DNA of 64,000 nt from Chiloscyllium plagiosum (GCF_004010195.1 NC_057758.1:1734490-1798489), one strand, 5' to 3'; positions 12,628 to 26,479 are shown, numbered from the stretch's first letter. Made by a program: numbers and translations. The notes: generated by a model not told the origin, from the sequence alone.

Positions 12628-14995
12628 TAGAGAACACAACACATAGAACATTATAGCGCAGCACAGGGGTTTTGGACCTTGAAGATGTGACGACCTGTGA
12701 AACCAATCTGAAGCCCTTCTAACCTACACTATTCCATTATCATAGAATATTATCATTATTCAATGACGATTTAAATGCCCGTAAATTTGGCGAGTCAATG
12801 ACTGATGCGGATATGGAGTGCCACGCACTTACTACTCTCTGACTAAGGAAACTACCTTTGACCAGTGTCCTATATGTATCACGCCTCAATTTGAACTTAT
12901 GTCCTCTCATGTTAGCCATCGCCATCTGAGGAAAACATCCCTGCCTATCTACCTATCTAATCTTCTGATCATCTAATATGACTTTCTTAAGTCACTTCTC
13001 AACCGTCTTTTCTTCAAAGAAAGTAGCCTAAATTCCTTTCGAATTTACTAATCGGACTTTCTCTCCAGACCAGGCAACATGCTGATAAATCTACTCTGCA
13101 CCATTTCCGATACTTCCATATCCTTCCTGTAATGCAGCAACTTGAACAGTACGCAAAGTCCGACTGCAGCCGCAGCAGAGGTTTGTATGGCTCAATAGGG
13201 CTCCGAAACTCTACCAATAAACGTTAACACACTGTATGCCTTCTTAACAACCTTATTAACCTGAAGAGCAACTTTCTGGAATCTATGTACATGCACTTCA
13301 ACATTTCTCTGCTCTTCCACACTGCCTAACATCTTAACATTAGCGCAGTACTCTATATTCCTTTGTGTCCTTCTAAAGTGAATCACATCACACATTTCCG
13401 CATTTACCTTTATTTGCCACTTCTCAGCCCGGCTGATGCAAATTGCTAAATCACCTCCCAATTCGATACCTCAGTAGTTTTGTCATTGCCTACCGTGGGA
13501 AACATTATCAACTCATTAGTAAAATCCTTATAAACAACATCGGCTGATTGGCCCTCATTCACTTGTTCGGTCACCATGTCAAATAACTCAGTAAGGTTTG
13601 TGTTGCACAATCCACCCTTCACAACACCGTGTTGACTATCCCTAATCATAATATTCATTTTGATATTATTGTAAATCCAATCTAGTATGATCCTTTCCAT
13701 CACTTTACCCACAAGGAAAGTAAGGCTTACTGTTCTATAATTACCAGGTTTTTCCCTAGCTCCATTCTTGAACAAGGGGACATCATTAACCATCATCCAG
13801 TCTTCTGGCACTATTCCTTTAGATAATAACGATATATATATATCAAAGCTAAATTTTCTGCAATCTCCTCCTCGGCTTCCCAGAGAAACCTGGGATAAAT
13901 CCCAACCGGCTTATGTATATTTACACTCTCCAGAATTACTAACATCTCCCCCTTATGAGCCTCCATCCGGTCTGGTCATAGTATTCTCCTCGACAACATT
14001 ACCGTTTTCCAGTGTGAATACTGACGAAAAATATTCACATAGTGCCTCTCCTAGCCTCTCGGACTCCACGCACAACTTCCCACTAGTGTCCTTGACTGAA
14101 CTTAAACCTACTCAAGTTATTCGTTTGTTCCTGAAATACCTATAGAAATGTACAGATTTTCCCCTCGATCCTACATGCCAACGATTTCTCATGTCCAATC
14201 CTGACTCTTCTTTGCTTTTAGTTCCTTCCTGGCTGAGTTGGAAGTCTCCAGCGCCCTAACTGAGCCATCAACGTCTCATCCTCACATCAGCCTCCTTCTT
14301 TCTTGAAAAGTGATTTAACTTCTTTAGTAAACCATGGCTCCATCGCTCGACCAATTCCTCACTGCCTGACAGGTATATACTTATCAAGCACACGCAGGAG
14401 CTGTTACTTGAACGAGTCTCATATTTCAGTTGTGCACATCCCTTGCAGGTTCCTTCCCTGTCTTATCCATCCTAAAAATCGCCTAATCGCATCAATGTTG
14501 CCTTTCTGCCAGCTTTAAAGCATGCCTTGCTGTAAGCTCACGTTTCCAGTTGTGATGATTATCATCAAGTTGCTCACTGACATCCAAATCTAACATCTGG
14601 CCTGATTCATTACCCAGCATCAAATCCAATGTGGCCTCGTCTCTTATTGGCCTATCAACGTACTGTGTCAGGATATTCTCCTGCACACACTGAACAAAAA
14701 GTGACCCAGCTAAGTCAATACTTGCAAAGTTAATGTTCTCCGTAACAACTACCCGCTCCGAAACAGAAACGTTTTTGCAAAATTGCCCTCAATATCACTG
14801 GAACTGTAGAAAACGCCCAGGAGGGTTACATTTCCTTTCCTGTTCTTTACCTCAACCCACACTATCTTAGTAGACAAGTCTTCATCAAATCACCTTTCTG
14901 CCACCATAATACAACCCTTAACCAACAATGCCACACCCCCATCACTTTTCCTGTATTTACTGAAACATCTAAACCCCAGAACCCGCAACTTCCAT
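12628..14995 (-). mobile_element. Degenerate CR1 LINE ORF2
   Basis: PEDW..VPLFK.G.REKPGNYRTVSLT, RDSQHG and LDLMLGNE; tail-like agaacac/agaacat near 12630-12650. Confidence 0.9.
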
Positions 14996-16199
14996 GCCGT
15001 CTGTTTGAAGAAAACGATAAAAACGTTGCTTTTAAAGGCAACACCGCTGGAATTAATTAATAATTCTCTCAGCTTCATAAGGAAATAAAACTGGTATTTC
15101 CCGGAATACTGGGTAAATAAATGATACCAGATTAATTTCGGATATCTGCTCAGCATAATGAGCTGGACCAAAATGTGTGTTTCCGTACTGCACAACTAAA
15201 CTATTCCATATGCTAAATCGGATTAAAAATGAGTTCTAAAAAAAATTATCCCAAGCATGAGTCGAGTGAATATTCATGACATCAATTATTGTCGTCAGAT
15301 CCCTGAAAATGATTGAGAATAAGAAACATGAATGAGCAAGTGTCACCTTTTCCAGACAAATGGGTACAGCAATTTATGGTTTTGCAAAATGTCATGAGAA
15401 AAGTGGGCCTGAATAAGAAATTAAGTTAGACAACTGACAGAGCATGAGTGCAGACTGATTTTAATTGTAAAATGCTATGTTTCAAATAAAGAAATTCGAA
15501 ATATAATTACGTCATGCAGATGGTATCGAGAACTGCACCAGCAAAATCAAAACAAATTCTAATGAAATGATCGGAAAAGTCCAGTGTGACGTTCAATGAC
15601 ATTGCAAAGTTTAAGTAATTGAGAACCAGCAAATACAACGAAAAAAAGAAAAGCAAAAGGATGACTTTTAATCAATCATTTTCAAATTGCTAAATAGTAA
15701 ATGAATAGCTGCGGTTGAAGAGAAACTATCGTACAAATGCAATGAAAGTGAGGAAACATTCTGCAAATTGCACAATCACATGGCTGAAGTGTGAATTTAA
15801 GGAAGCAAGAAAGCTAGAATGGAAAACAGATTTTAAGGGAATAAACTTTCAAAACACAGAGCTCCACGTGTGCTTTGAAGAATGGAAAAGCTTCTCTCAC
15901 AGTAAGCATATTCCATAGGTCGATTCTTCGTAGTTTTGGCTTTGTTTAGGGTGGAGTATACTGACAAACAATTTAGAGCACGCTTTCCAGGGCGATTTCG
16001 AAACTGATGAAGTTGGCTTACAATTAAAGCATGAAATGCCTTGAAAATATGATCTAAGTTTAAAGAAATTGGAATTGGTGGTACTGAAATATATAACATT
16101 CTACGGGGGGCTTTACATAAACATAGCTTATACATAAACCAACTGAAACGTTGTTACATTGAAATTAATGGTTGTAAGTAACACTTTTCAATCATTATG

Positions 16200-17285
16200 C
16201 TGCTGAATTGTGAGCAGCTAACCAGAATGCAGAACAAGCATAAATGAATTCGACTTATGTTTGCAAGATAAAACGAGTCACGTGCAACAGCGAAAGATGC
16301 TGGGACAGGATGCTGGGACATTTCCTTAAAATTTGCTGATGGAAGAAAGGGCTGGAAATTTCAGTGTCGATACAAATATCAGTTTTCAAATGAGTTGAGA
16401 AGAGGACACGAGAATGGAGAAATATAATGATATATTATGTAATGGGATCAATTTGCGGCTAATGAAGCCTAACGGTGAAAGAAAACTTGAAATTGGCCAT
16501 TTTGTCAGAAAGAATGGGCAAAACCGGCATGCTTTCTAAGTGGTGAAGATTGAAGTGCAATAAGATGGAACGGTATGTTCTCGATCATCATTAACCAAGC
16601 ATTGTCGTGCCGAAACAGAAATTAATTTGGTAAGCTAATAGATTGTTATCATTTATCATCTAGAGCTGAATGCAGAATCAACAAAGATACGTTTCAGTAT
16701 TCCAATTATGTCTACCTCCAGATTTATGTGGTTCCCTGGTCCTCGTTGACACAAGTGGATACAAGTGAGACTCAAGCAGTTCCGAAACTGTTAACTCTGC
16801 TATTGCTATAGATGGTAATCAGTATCACCATATGAAGCTAGATTGGTCAGTATCAGTTTGCATGCGAGGGAGAATAAAAGATCAATCATTAATCTGATTA
16901 AAGTGACAATGTATCCTGAGAGGCGTTTTCAGAATGGATATGGACAGGCTCTTCCCCTAATGGGAGAATCTCGAATCAGAGATTCAATAATTGCCGAACA
17001 ATAGAGTTGAGAGAGTTTTGTTTATTATTTTTCCATGGGGGAGCTAAACTTGAAAATTGTTTATCAATGGACATTTCTGAAGTAGTCCTTTTGAGCATTG
17101 TAAACACACCACTGCGGAGATTCTAAGACAGCATAGCGACAAAATTATTTTTTTTTTCTGGTTACACAGGAATGTGGGTTTGAGTTTGCAATCAGACCAG
17201 CCATGATTTCAATGCATGGTGTTGTAAGCTCGAATGACTGAATGTCACGTTTCTACGCATGATTAGTATGTCTATAACCTATATT
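16200..17285 (+). mobile_element. Old, highly diverged CR1-like 3' fragment
   Basis: Remnant aaatttgctgatg (KFAD) and CR1-like 3' UTR (cagaccagccatgat...tatgtctat); no long ORF. Confidence 0.6.
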
Positions 17286-17671
17286 TCTAATTTATTGTCG
17301 ATAACGTTGTTACCTAGATAAACAATTTTCTATCATCTATAATTCTTCCCCCGTCAATATGCATTTGCGTTCATGAACTGCCCATTCACGCATCAATATG
17401 TGTCAATGTGCGATGGTAAGCGATGCATGAATGATCAGAATGGACGAATGCATTTTATATACAGTTTAATATTTTATTTTTGTCAGATCTAAAATTATAC
17501 TCTGAGGGAGGAATCAAAATATGTTCGTTCCTACTCAAGAAAGTGTTTTTTTCAATTGAAAACAGGGATAAGACCGTCATCTGATGAGGAGAGACTGTCC
17601 AAGCTAGTATTGCTTCCACGTTTATTCAATCCGTGTACTATGAAAAAGTCGCGGAAAGACTTGACACTCAA

Positions 17672-20600
17672 TAGAACATAGAACATAGAACATTTCAGCG
17701 CAGTACAGGCCCTTCGGCCCTCGATGTTGTGCCGCCCTGTCGTGCTAATCTAAAGCCCAGCCCACCTACACAATTCCATGTATGTCCATTTGCCTGTCCA
17801 ATGACGATTTAAATGCACTTAAACTTGGCGAATCTCCTACCGATGCAGGCAAAGCATTCCATACCCTTACTACTCTCTGAATAAAGAAACTACCTCTGAC
17901 ATCTGTCTTATATCTATCTCCCCTCACTATAAAGGTGTGTCTCCCCGTGTTTGCCGTCCCTATACTTGGAAAAAGGTTCTCCCTGTCTAAACTATCTAAC
18001 CCTCTGATTATCTTGTATGTCTCTATTAAGTCAGCTCTCAACCTTCTTCTCTATAACGAAAACAGCCTCAAGGCCCCCGACCTTTCCTCATAAGACATTC
18101 GTTCCATATCAGGCAACATCCTAGTAAATCTCCTCTGCACCCTTACCAAAGCTTCCACATTCTTCTTATAATGCGGTGACCAGAACTGTACACAATGCTC
18201 CAAATGTGACCGTACCAGAGCTTTGCACAGCTGCAGCATAACCTCCTGGTTCCGGAACTCAATCCCTCTATTAATAAAGGCCAAAACACTGTATGCCTTC
18301 TTAACAACCCTGTCAATCTGGGTGGCAAATTTCGGGGATCTGTGTACATGGACACCGAGATCTCTCTGCTCATCTTCACTCCTAAGAATCCTACCATTAG
18401 CCCAGTAATTTGCATTCTGATTACTCCGTCCAAAGTGTATAACCTCACACTTGTCCACATTAAACTCCCTTTGCCACCTCTCAGCCAAGCTCTGCATCTA
18501 TGTCTCTCTGCAACCTACTACATCCTTCGTCACTATCCACAACTCCACTGACCTTACTGTCGTCCGCAAATTTACGAACCCACCCTTCAACGCCTTCATC
18601 CAGGTCATTTATAAAAAATGACGAACAACAGTGGACCAAACACCGACCCTTGCGGTACGCTGCTAGTAACTGGACACCAAGATGAACATGTTCCATCAAC
18701 TATAATCCTCTGTTTTCATTCAGCAAGCCAATTACTGATCCAAACTGCTATGTCTCTCACAATCCCATTCCTCCACATTTTGTATAGTAACCTACTGTGG
18801 GGAACCTTATCGAACGCCTTTCTGAAATCCATATACACCACAACAAACAGTTTACTCTCATCTACCTGTTTGGTCACTTGTTTTCAAAAAACTCAGTAAG
18901 ATTCGTTCGGCACGACCTACCCTTCCCAAATCCGTGCTGACTTTCCCTGATCAGATTATTCTTTTCGAGATGGTTATAAATCCTATCTCTTATAACTTTT
19001 CCAACAATTTACCAACAACTGAAATGAGACTCACTGGTCTGTAATTACCAGGGTTGTCTCTGCTACCCTTTTTGAACAAAGGAACCACATTTGCTATCCT
19101 CCAGTCCTCAGGCACTATTCCTGTAGACAATGATGATTTGAAGATCAATGTCAAAGGGTCGGCAATCTCTTCCCTTGCTTCCCAGAGGATCCGATGATAG
19201 ATCCCATCCGGCCCAGGGGCCTTGTATATTTTCACACTCTGCAGTATTTCTAATACCTCTTCCTTGTGAACCTCAATCTCTTCTAGTCAAGATGCAAGTA
19301 TCTCTGTATTGTGCTCGCCAACATTTTCATTTTCTATAGGGAACACTGTCGAAGAGTATTTATTTCGTGCTTCCCCTATCTCCTCTGACTCCACACACAA
19401 CTTCCCACTATTATCCTTGATTGGCAGACCGATGGAAAGCCTTAGGGTTAAACCTGATCCTACCAACCAACAATTTCTCATGTCCCCTCCTGGTTCTTCT
19501 GATCTCTCTTTTTAGGTCTTTCCTGACTTCCTTGTAACCCCCAAGCACCCTAACTGAGTTTTCACATTTTGTCCTAACATAAACTTTCTTTATCTTCTTG
19601 ACCAGGGATTCCACTTCCTTAGTAAACCATGGCTCACGCACTCTATATCTTCCTCCCTGCCTGACAGGTACATACTTATCTAGGACACACAGGACCTTTT
19701 CCTTGAATAAGCTCCACATTTTTAATCCCCTGCAGTTTCCTTCCCCATTCTACGCTTCCTCAACCTTTCCTAATTGCATCGTAATTTCCCTTCCCCCAGC
19801 TGTAACTCTTGTTCGGTGGAGTACACCTATCCCTTTCCATCACTAAAGTAAAACTGACAGAATTGTGATCGCTGTCTCCAAAGTGCTCACCTACTTCCAA
19901 ATCTAACACCTGGCCAGGCTCGTTCCCCAGTACTAAATCTAAAGAGGCTTCGCCCTTTGTAGGCCTGTCTACATACTGTGTCAAGAAGCCCTCCTGAATA
20001 CACTGGACAAAAACTGACCCATCTATATTACTCGTACTGCAGTGATCCCAGTCAATATTTGGATAGTTGAAGACTCCCATGACAATTCCCCTGCCTCTCT
20101 CACTCCTATCGAGAATCATCTTTGCTGTCATTTCCTCTACAACTCTGGGACTATTGGAAGGCCTATAGAAAACTCCCAGCATGGTGACTTCTCCTGTCCT
20201 GTTTCTAACCTCAGCCCATACTACCTCAGTTAACGAGTCCCCAAACATCCTTTCTATAACTGTAATATTGTCCATGATCAACAATGCCACACCTCCACCT
20301 CTTTTAACATCTTCGCTGTTCTTACTGAAACATCTGAATCCTGGAACCTGCAACAGCCATTCCTGTCTCTGCTCTCTCCATGTCTCCGTAATGACCACAA
20401 CATCGAAGTCCCAGGTACCAACCCACGCTGCCAGTTCACCCACTTTATTTCGAATGCTCCTCGCGTTGAAGTACACACACTTCAAACCAGTTTCTCGCTT
20501 GTCAGTGTCAGATACTTGATTTGGGAACTCCTTATGCTCATCCTCTTCTGTACTTGTCCTACAATTTTGGTTCCCATCCCCTTGTTGTATGAGTTCAAAT

Positions 20601-21170
20601 CCACCTTAATAGCTTTAGTGAATTTTCCACCCATGATATTGGTACCCCTCTGGTTTCGATGAAGACCATCCTGCTTGTCGAGGTCCCACCTCATCCAGAA
20701 AGAGCTCCAATTATCCAAAAACCCGAAACCCTCCCTACTGCACCATCCCTGTAGCCACGAGTTCAACTCCTTTCTCTCCCTATTCCTCACCTCACTAGCA
20801 CGTGGCGCGGGCAGCAAACCAGAGAAAACAATTCCGTTTGTCCTAGCTCTAAGCTTCCATCCTAGTTCCCTGAATTTCTGCCTCAAGTCCCCATCTCTCT
20901 TCCGATCTATGTCGTTGGTGGCAATGTGGACCACGACTTGGGGATGCTCTCCCTTCCCCCAAGGATCCCAAAAACATGATCAGAGACATCACGGACCCTG
21001 GTACCCGGGAGGCAACACAATCAACCGTGAGTCTCACTCGTCCCCACAGAACCTCATATCTGTCCCCCTAACTATCGAGTCCCCAATGACTACTGCTCTG
21101 CTCCTCTTCCCCCTTCCCTTCTGACAGCAGGTGCCCCATTGCTTTCTCCGGGAAGTCATCCCCCCTCATA
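17672..21170 (-). mobile_element. Near full-length CR1 LINE (ORF1 esterase domain, ORF2 endonuclease and RT)
   Basis: ORF1 SGNH-esterase motifs VHIATND..FSGLLP..DGLH (20482-20934). ORF2 endonuclease NARSI..ITETW..NYPNIDW..DSDHN (19760-20485) and RT KAPGPDGI, KFADDSK. (ATGTTCT)n tail at about 17672-17693. Frameshifted, so inactive. Confidence 0.96.
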
Positions 21171-21282
21171 AAATCCCACAAATAATACTCTTATGTTGCC
21201 ATACAGAAAGAGATATTTGAATAGTCAAACAGCCTGAGTGCAGCTAAAACTAAAGAAATGAAGCTGCTGGAAAAACTCAACA

Positions 21283-21620
21283 GGGCGGCACGGTGGCACA
21301 ATGGGCGGCACGGTGGCACAGTGGTTAGCACTGCTGCCTCACAGCGCTAGAGACCCGGGTTCAATTCCCGACTCAGGCGACTGACTGTGTGGAGTTTGCA
21401 AATTCTCCCCGTGTCTGCGTGGGTTTCCTCCGGGTGCTCTGGTTTCCTCCCACAGTCCAAAAGATGTGCGGGTCAGGTGAATTGGCCATGCTAAATTGCC
21501 CATAGTGTTAGGTTAAAGGGGTAAATGTAGGGGTATGGGTGGGTTGCGCTTCGGCGGGTCGGTGTGGACTTGTTGGGCCGAAGGGCCTGTTTCCACACTG
21601 TAAGTAATCTAATCTAATCT
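21283..21620 (+). mobile_element. HE1-like V-SINE with duplicated 5' head
   Basis: A and B boxes, V-domain and (TAATC)n tail; the first about 20 nt occur twice (21283 and 21303). Confidence 0.93.
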
Positions 21621-22461
21621 ATGCCCNNNNNNNNNNNNNNNNNNNNNNNNNNNNNNNNNNNNNNNNNNNNNNNNNNNNNNNNNNNNNNNNNNNNNNNNNN
21701 NNNNNNNNNNNNNNNNNNNNNNNNNNNNNNNNNNNNNNNNNNNNNNNNNNNNNNNNNNNNNNNNNNNNNNNNNNNNNNNNNNNNNNNNNNNNNNNNNNNN
21801 NNNNNNNNNNNNNNNNNNNNNNNNNNNNNNNNNNNNNNNNNNNNNNNNNNNNNNNNNNNNNNNNNNNNNNNNNNNNNNNNNNNNNNNNNNNNNNNNNNNN
21901 NNNNNNNNNNNNNNNNNNNNNNNNNNNNNNNNNNNNNNNNNNNNNNNNNNNNNNNNNNNNNNNNNNNNNNNNNNNNNNNNNNNNNNNNNNNNNNNNNNNN
22001 NNNNNNNNNNNNNNNNNNNNNNNNNNNNNNNNNNNNNNNNNNNNNNNNNNNNNNNNNNNNNNNNNNNNNNNNNNNNNNNNNNNNNNNNNNNNNNNNNNNN
22101 NNNNNNNNNNNNNNNNNNNNNNNNNNNNNNNNNNNNNNNNNNNNNNNNNNNNNNNNNNNNNNNNNNNNNNNNNNNNNNNNNNNNNNNNNNNNNNNNNNNN
22201 NNNNNNNNNNNNNNNNNNNNNNNNNNNNNNNNNNNNNNNNNNNNNNNNNNNNNNNNNNNNNNNNNNNNNNNNNNNNNNNNNNNNNNNNNNNNNNNNNNNN
22301 NNNNNNNNNNNNNNNNNNNNNNNNNNNNNNNNNNNNNNNNNNNNNNNNNNNNNNNNNNNNNNNNNNNNNNNNNNNNNNNNNNNNNNNNNNNNNNNNNNNN
22401 NNNNNNNNNNNNNNNNNNNNNNNNNNNNNNNNNNNNNNNNNNNNNNNNNNNNNNNNNNNNN

Positions 22462-24065
22462 CCTGCCACATCATTCCTCATTGTCAACAACTCCACCAAC
22501 TTTCTATCATCCGCAAACCTGCTCACCCAACCTTCTAGCCCCTCCTCCAGGTCATTTATAAAAATGACAAATTCCCTTATTTTTGGCGAGTCTACTACTA
22601 TTGTAGCCGGGGTGTTCCACGCCCCTAGTACTCTCTGACTAACGAAACTCCGTCTGACATCTATCCTATATCAATCACTCCTCTGTTTCAAGATCTGTTT
22701 CTTCGTGCTTGCTATCAACATTAGTGGAAAAAGACTCTCACTGTCGACCCTATTTAATCCGCTGAATATCTTACATCTCTCCAGTTTCTTCTCTCTAACG
22801 AAAACGGCACGGTGGCCCAGTGGTTAGCACTGCTGCCTCACAGCGCCTGTAGACCCGGGTTCAATTCCCGACTCAGGCGACTGACTGTGTGGAGTTTGCA
22901 CATTCTCCCCGTGTCTGCGTGGGTTTCCTCCGGGTGCTCCGGTTTCCTCCCACAGTCCAAAGATGTGCGGGCCAGGTGAATTGGCCATGCTAAATTGCCC
23001 GTAGTGTTAGGTTAAACGGGTAGATGTAGGGGTATGGGTGGGTTGCGCTTCGGCGGGTCGGTGTGGACTTGTTGGGCTGAAGGGCCTGTTTCCACACTGT
23101 AAGTAATCTAAAAAAAAAGAAAACAGCCTCATGTCCCTCATCCTTTTCCATTAAAGCCTTCCTCCGTACCAGGCAACATCCTTGTAATGCTCCCGTGGAA
23201 CCCTTTCCAAAGTTTTCATATCCTTCCTGTAATGCAGTGACCAGAACCGTACGCAATATGCCAAGTGAGGCTGCACCAGGCATTTTAACAGCTGCAATTT
23301 GACCACACGGCTCCGAAAATCAATACCCCTACCAATAAAAGCGAACACAAATAATGCCATCTTAACAACCCTATCAAAATGGGTAGCAACTTTCAGGGAT
23401 CTATGTACATGGACACCGAGACTCTGCTGATGTACACTACCAAGTCTCTGATTGTTAGTCCAGCACACTGTGTTCCTGTTTTACTTCCAACGTGAATGAC
23501 CACACACTTTACTGCATTAAACTCCACTTTCCACTTCTCAGCCCAGCTCTGCAGCTTATCTATGTCCCTCTATAACTTGACTCCTTTGACACCATGCATA
23601 ACTCCACCGACCTTTGAGTCATCCGAAAATGTACTAAACCAACCTTCTACGCACTCATCCAGGTCATTTATAAAAATGACAAACGGGAGTGGCCCCAAAT
23701 TGATCCTTGTCGTACACCACGAGTAACTGAACTCTACGATGAACATTTCCTATAAGGCACGCCCTCAGCCAGTCAATTTCTGATCCAAAACGTTAAATTT
23801 TGTTCAATGCCATAGCGTTGGAAAACTTATCCAACTTATCAGACACTTTACGTAAATCCACATCAACCGCTTTTGCCTCGTCCATCTGTTTTGTCACCAG
23901 CTCAAAGAATTGAATAAGGTTTGTGAAGCGGGACTTGCCCTTACAAACCAGGTTGAGTCTCCCGAAGCAACTTAATCCTTTCTTGATTATTATAAATCCT
24001 AACTCTCATAACCTTTTCCAACCACTTTACGCACAACCGATTCAAGGCTCACTGGTCTATAATTA
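22462..24065 (-). mobile_element. Fragmented CR1 LINE pieces interrupted by a SINE
   Basis: SRFADD, LGVHVHRSLKVAT and YCVRFWS motifs on the minus strand. Confidence 0.85.
22805..23110 (+). mobile_element. HE1-like V-SINE nested in CR1
   Basis: Same SINE sequence as 21303; the host CR1 resumes at gaaaacagcctc, and gaaaac is present on both sides. Confidence 0.93.
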
Positions 24066-24245
24066 CACAACAGCTGAACAGACATTGCGCAACACAGGGG
24101 TGGAATTGTTCTTTCACAGTGGGATGTCATTCAGCCTATTATCGTCGTGCTCTCATCCTCAAAGACGTATTTCGAGATATACAAGATCGCGAAATTTCTG
24201 GGAAGAGGCTGATAACTCCACTACAGGTAACACCACCACTCTACG
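24066..24245 (+). mobile_element. Penelope-like GIY-YIG 3' remnant
   Basis: Degenerate match by eye to the HF..GHS..L.V..L.G......R...E..LI C-terminus of Penelope endonucleases. Confidence 0.45.
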
Positions 24246-24249
24246 TACT

Positions 24250-24645
24250 TCCACACACATGCATACACTCGCGCACTTATACAGACCTTGTCCCATACAC
24301 AAACAAATGCGCACTCACATCTACACACATGAGCATGCAGACTCACACTTTCTCAAATGCACATACACAGATGCACACTTTGTTAAGTACATGCATGCAC
24401 TCACACCCTGTCAAATGCATACTCACACTCACACTGTACCTCTATCTCCCAAACACTGCCTCTCTCTCTCACGCTCACATGCACACAGCTTTTAAACTCT
24501 CAAGCACTCTCTCTTGCACACGCATACACACAGGCAGGGAAACGGAGACACACAGACACTTTCTCTCACACGGATTCTCTCTTTGACACACTCAGACACA
24601 CATTCACACATAAACACACACACGCATAACCACATACACACGCTC
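24250..24645. repeat. Degenerate (CA)/(CT)-rich low-complexity tract
   Basis: Long cacacacat/ctctct runs; these explain the His/Thr-rich spurious ORFs. Confidence 0.9.
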
Positions 24646-24939
24646 AGGAATTAATTCATTCCAAATTATTTTCTGTCATATTAAAAATATTGACGTCACT
24701 TTAACCATGGACAGCTAGTTTTAAAAATGTCAACCTTTTCCTATAAAACGGTCTCATTACCTCTGTATAATACCACCCTTAGGAAGGAACAGAGCTCCAT
24801 TGCAATTTTAAATAAACTCATTGGACTATTAGCTGGGATCATTTGATTTTTGACCGTATTACTGAAATACAGTGATGGAAGTTTGACTCTCTGCCATACT
24901 TCATGCCAACTGTGCGTTTTCCATTGCTCTCCCATGGGC

Positions 24940-25385
24940 AGTATAAAACTTAGCAAACGTTGTGTGAACAACCAAGAAAACCATACAAACCGACATCTAT
25001 CCACGGACTCCATTTATCCGTGTAATTGCCACGGAACATCATCAATGGCACATTGCTCCACGATAATGCTCTCCTACATCTTCTTCTGTCAGAGAAGATA
25101 CAAGGGTTGAACACACAGCAACAGATTCAAGAAGAGTTTTTACCTTCCTCTTGAATACTGACGGATGACTCGCTAACTTCAAGTGATGATGATTTTGTTA
25201 ATGTTAACCTTGCGATGTGCCCTTCCTATGTTGTGAAAACTGCATTTTTCACTCCGTGAAAGAACCCAATCATCAGTATGTATTTGTTTTGTATGATTTG
25301 CCTGCGCTACCTGTAAACAAATCAGTTCACGTGTACTTAGGTTCACATGACAATGAATCAAAATAAATCAAATCAAGTCAAACAA
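24940..25385 (+). mobile_element. Rex1/Babar-like LINE 3' remnant
   Basis: agatacaagggttgaacaca..caacagattcaagaagagttttt resembles the RY....T.RF..SF end of Rex/Babar RT; tail aaataaatcaaatcaagtcaaa. Confidence 0.45.
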
Positions 25386-26479
25386 TTGTAGAAGAATTGA
25401 GAAGGCTGAATGGCCTCTTGCTTCTTCCGTTCCCCCAACCCACGCCACTTCCGCCTATCCCTTGCATATCTCAAAAGAGTCAACGCTAAATACATTGGCA
25501 ATGGAAATCTGAAACAAACAGGATGAAGAGTCCCAACAAGTCTGGGAGCAGAAGTTTTGAGAGACAGAGAGAGAGAAAAAAAACACTATTCACATCTCCG
25601 GTCTCGTCTGACACTTCTTCAGAATTGGAATTCAGGAATGGAACTCGAAATATGACCAGCGTTTCTGTCTTACCCTGGATCCTGCCGGATTAATTAAGAA
25701 TTTCTCTAGCATTCTCCATGGTTGATGTTTCTATTAATATGAGGTCCTCAACTCCCACTGTCGCCGAGAGATCATCACATTCACTAATAGGGACGGGTTC
25801 TGTCATCATCAGAGACATGGGCAGTAAATCCTATGATTTCATCATCCTTTGCTGGTCACCATCTATTCACAATGCGCTGTGCATGAACATCTGAGCATAT
25901 AATACGAACACACAGAGAGTTTTGTTGTTAGTTATCGTACAGCAAAGGTGAACATATCCTCCAACTTCAATGTGAAAATTTGTCAGACCAACTCCTGCGC
26001 CTATCGTGAATCAGAGGAATGCTGAGGCGTTTTCTACACTTCAATCAAGCTGTTTATGTATGTCGTGTCAGGCGTCAGTAGCCATTGTTAGTTGATTTGA
26101 GAATGGAAGCTCTGAATTCTGGCTATATTTCTGTACCGCTGCCCTGCAGGATCCTTTCCAACAGGAGCCTCTCCCTGAGCAGCAGTCAGCAGCCTTATAA
26201 GTACCAAAGTCGAAACACTTTTGTTCACTGGCTTAAAGTGTGTTTCTGTTTAATCAGCAGAGGGACGGGTACAGGCAATTTTGCGCTGATGGCCACGTTG
26301 TACAAGGGAAAATGCTTCTGCGCTGTGATGGAATGGAATGGAATGCACTGCTTGGGAATGCAGCAGAAAAACACCAATAAAAATGCCATCTTCCTTCTGA
26401 TTTTTTTGCTGCAAGAGGGAAGGGGAAAAGTAGGCCATTCAGCCTATCAATACACTTTCGCTTTTCAGTGAGACCTTGG

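Noticed and set aside
23923..24586. 190-aa and 155-aa His/Thr-rich ORFs
   Set aside because: Read-through of antisense CR1, a Penelope remnant and a CA-rich tract with few stop codons.
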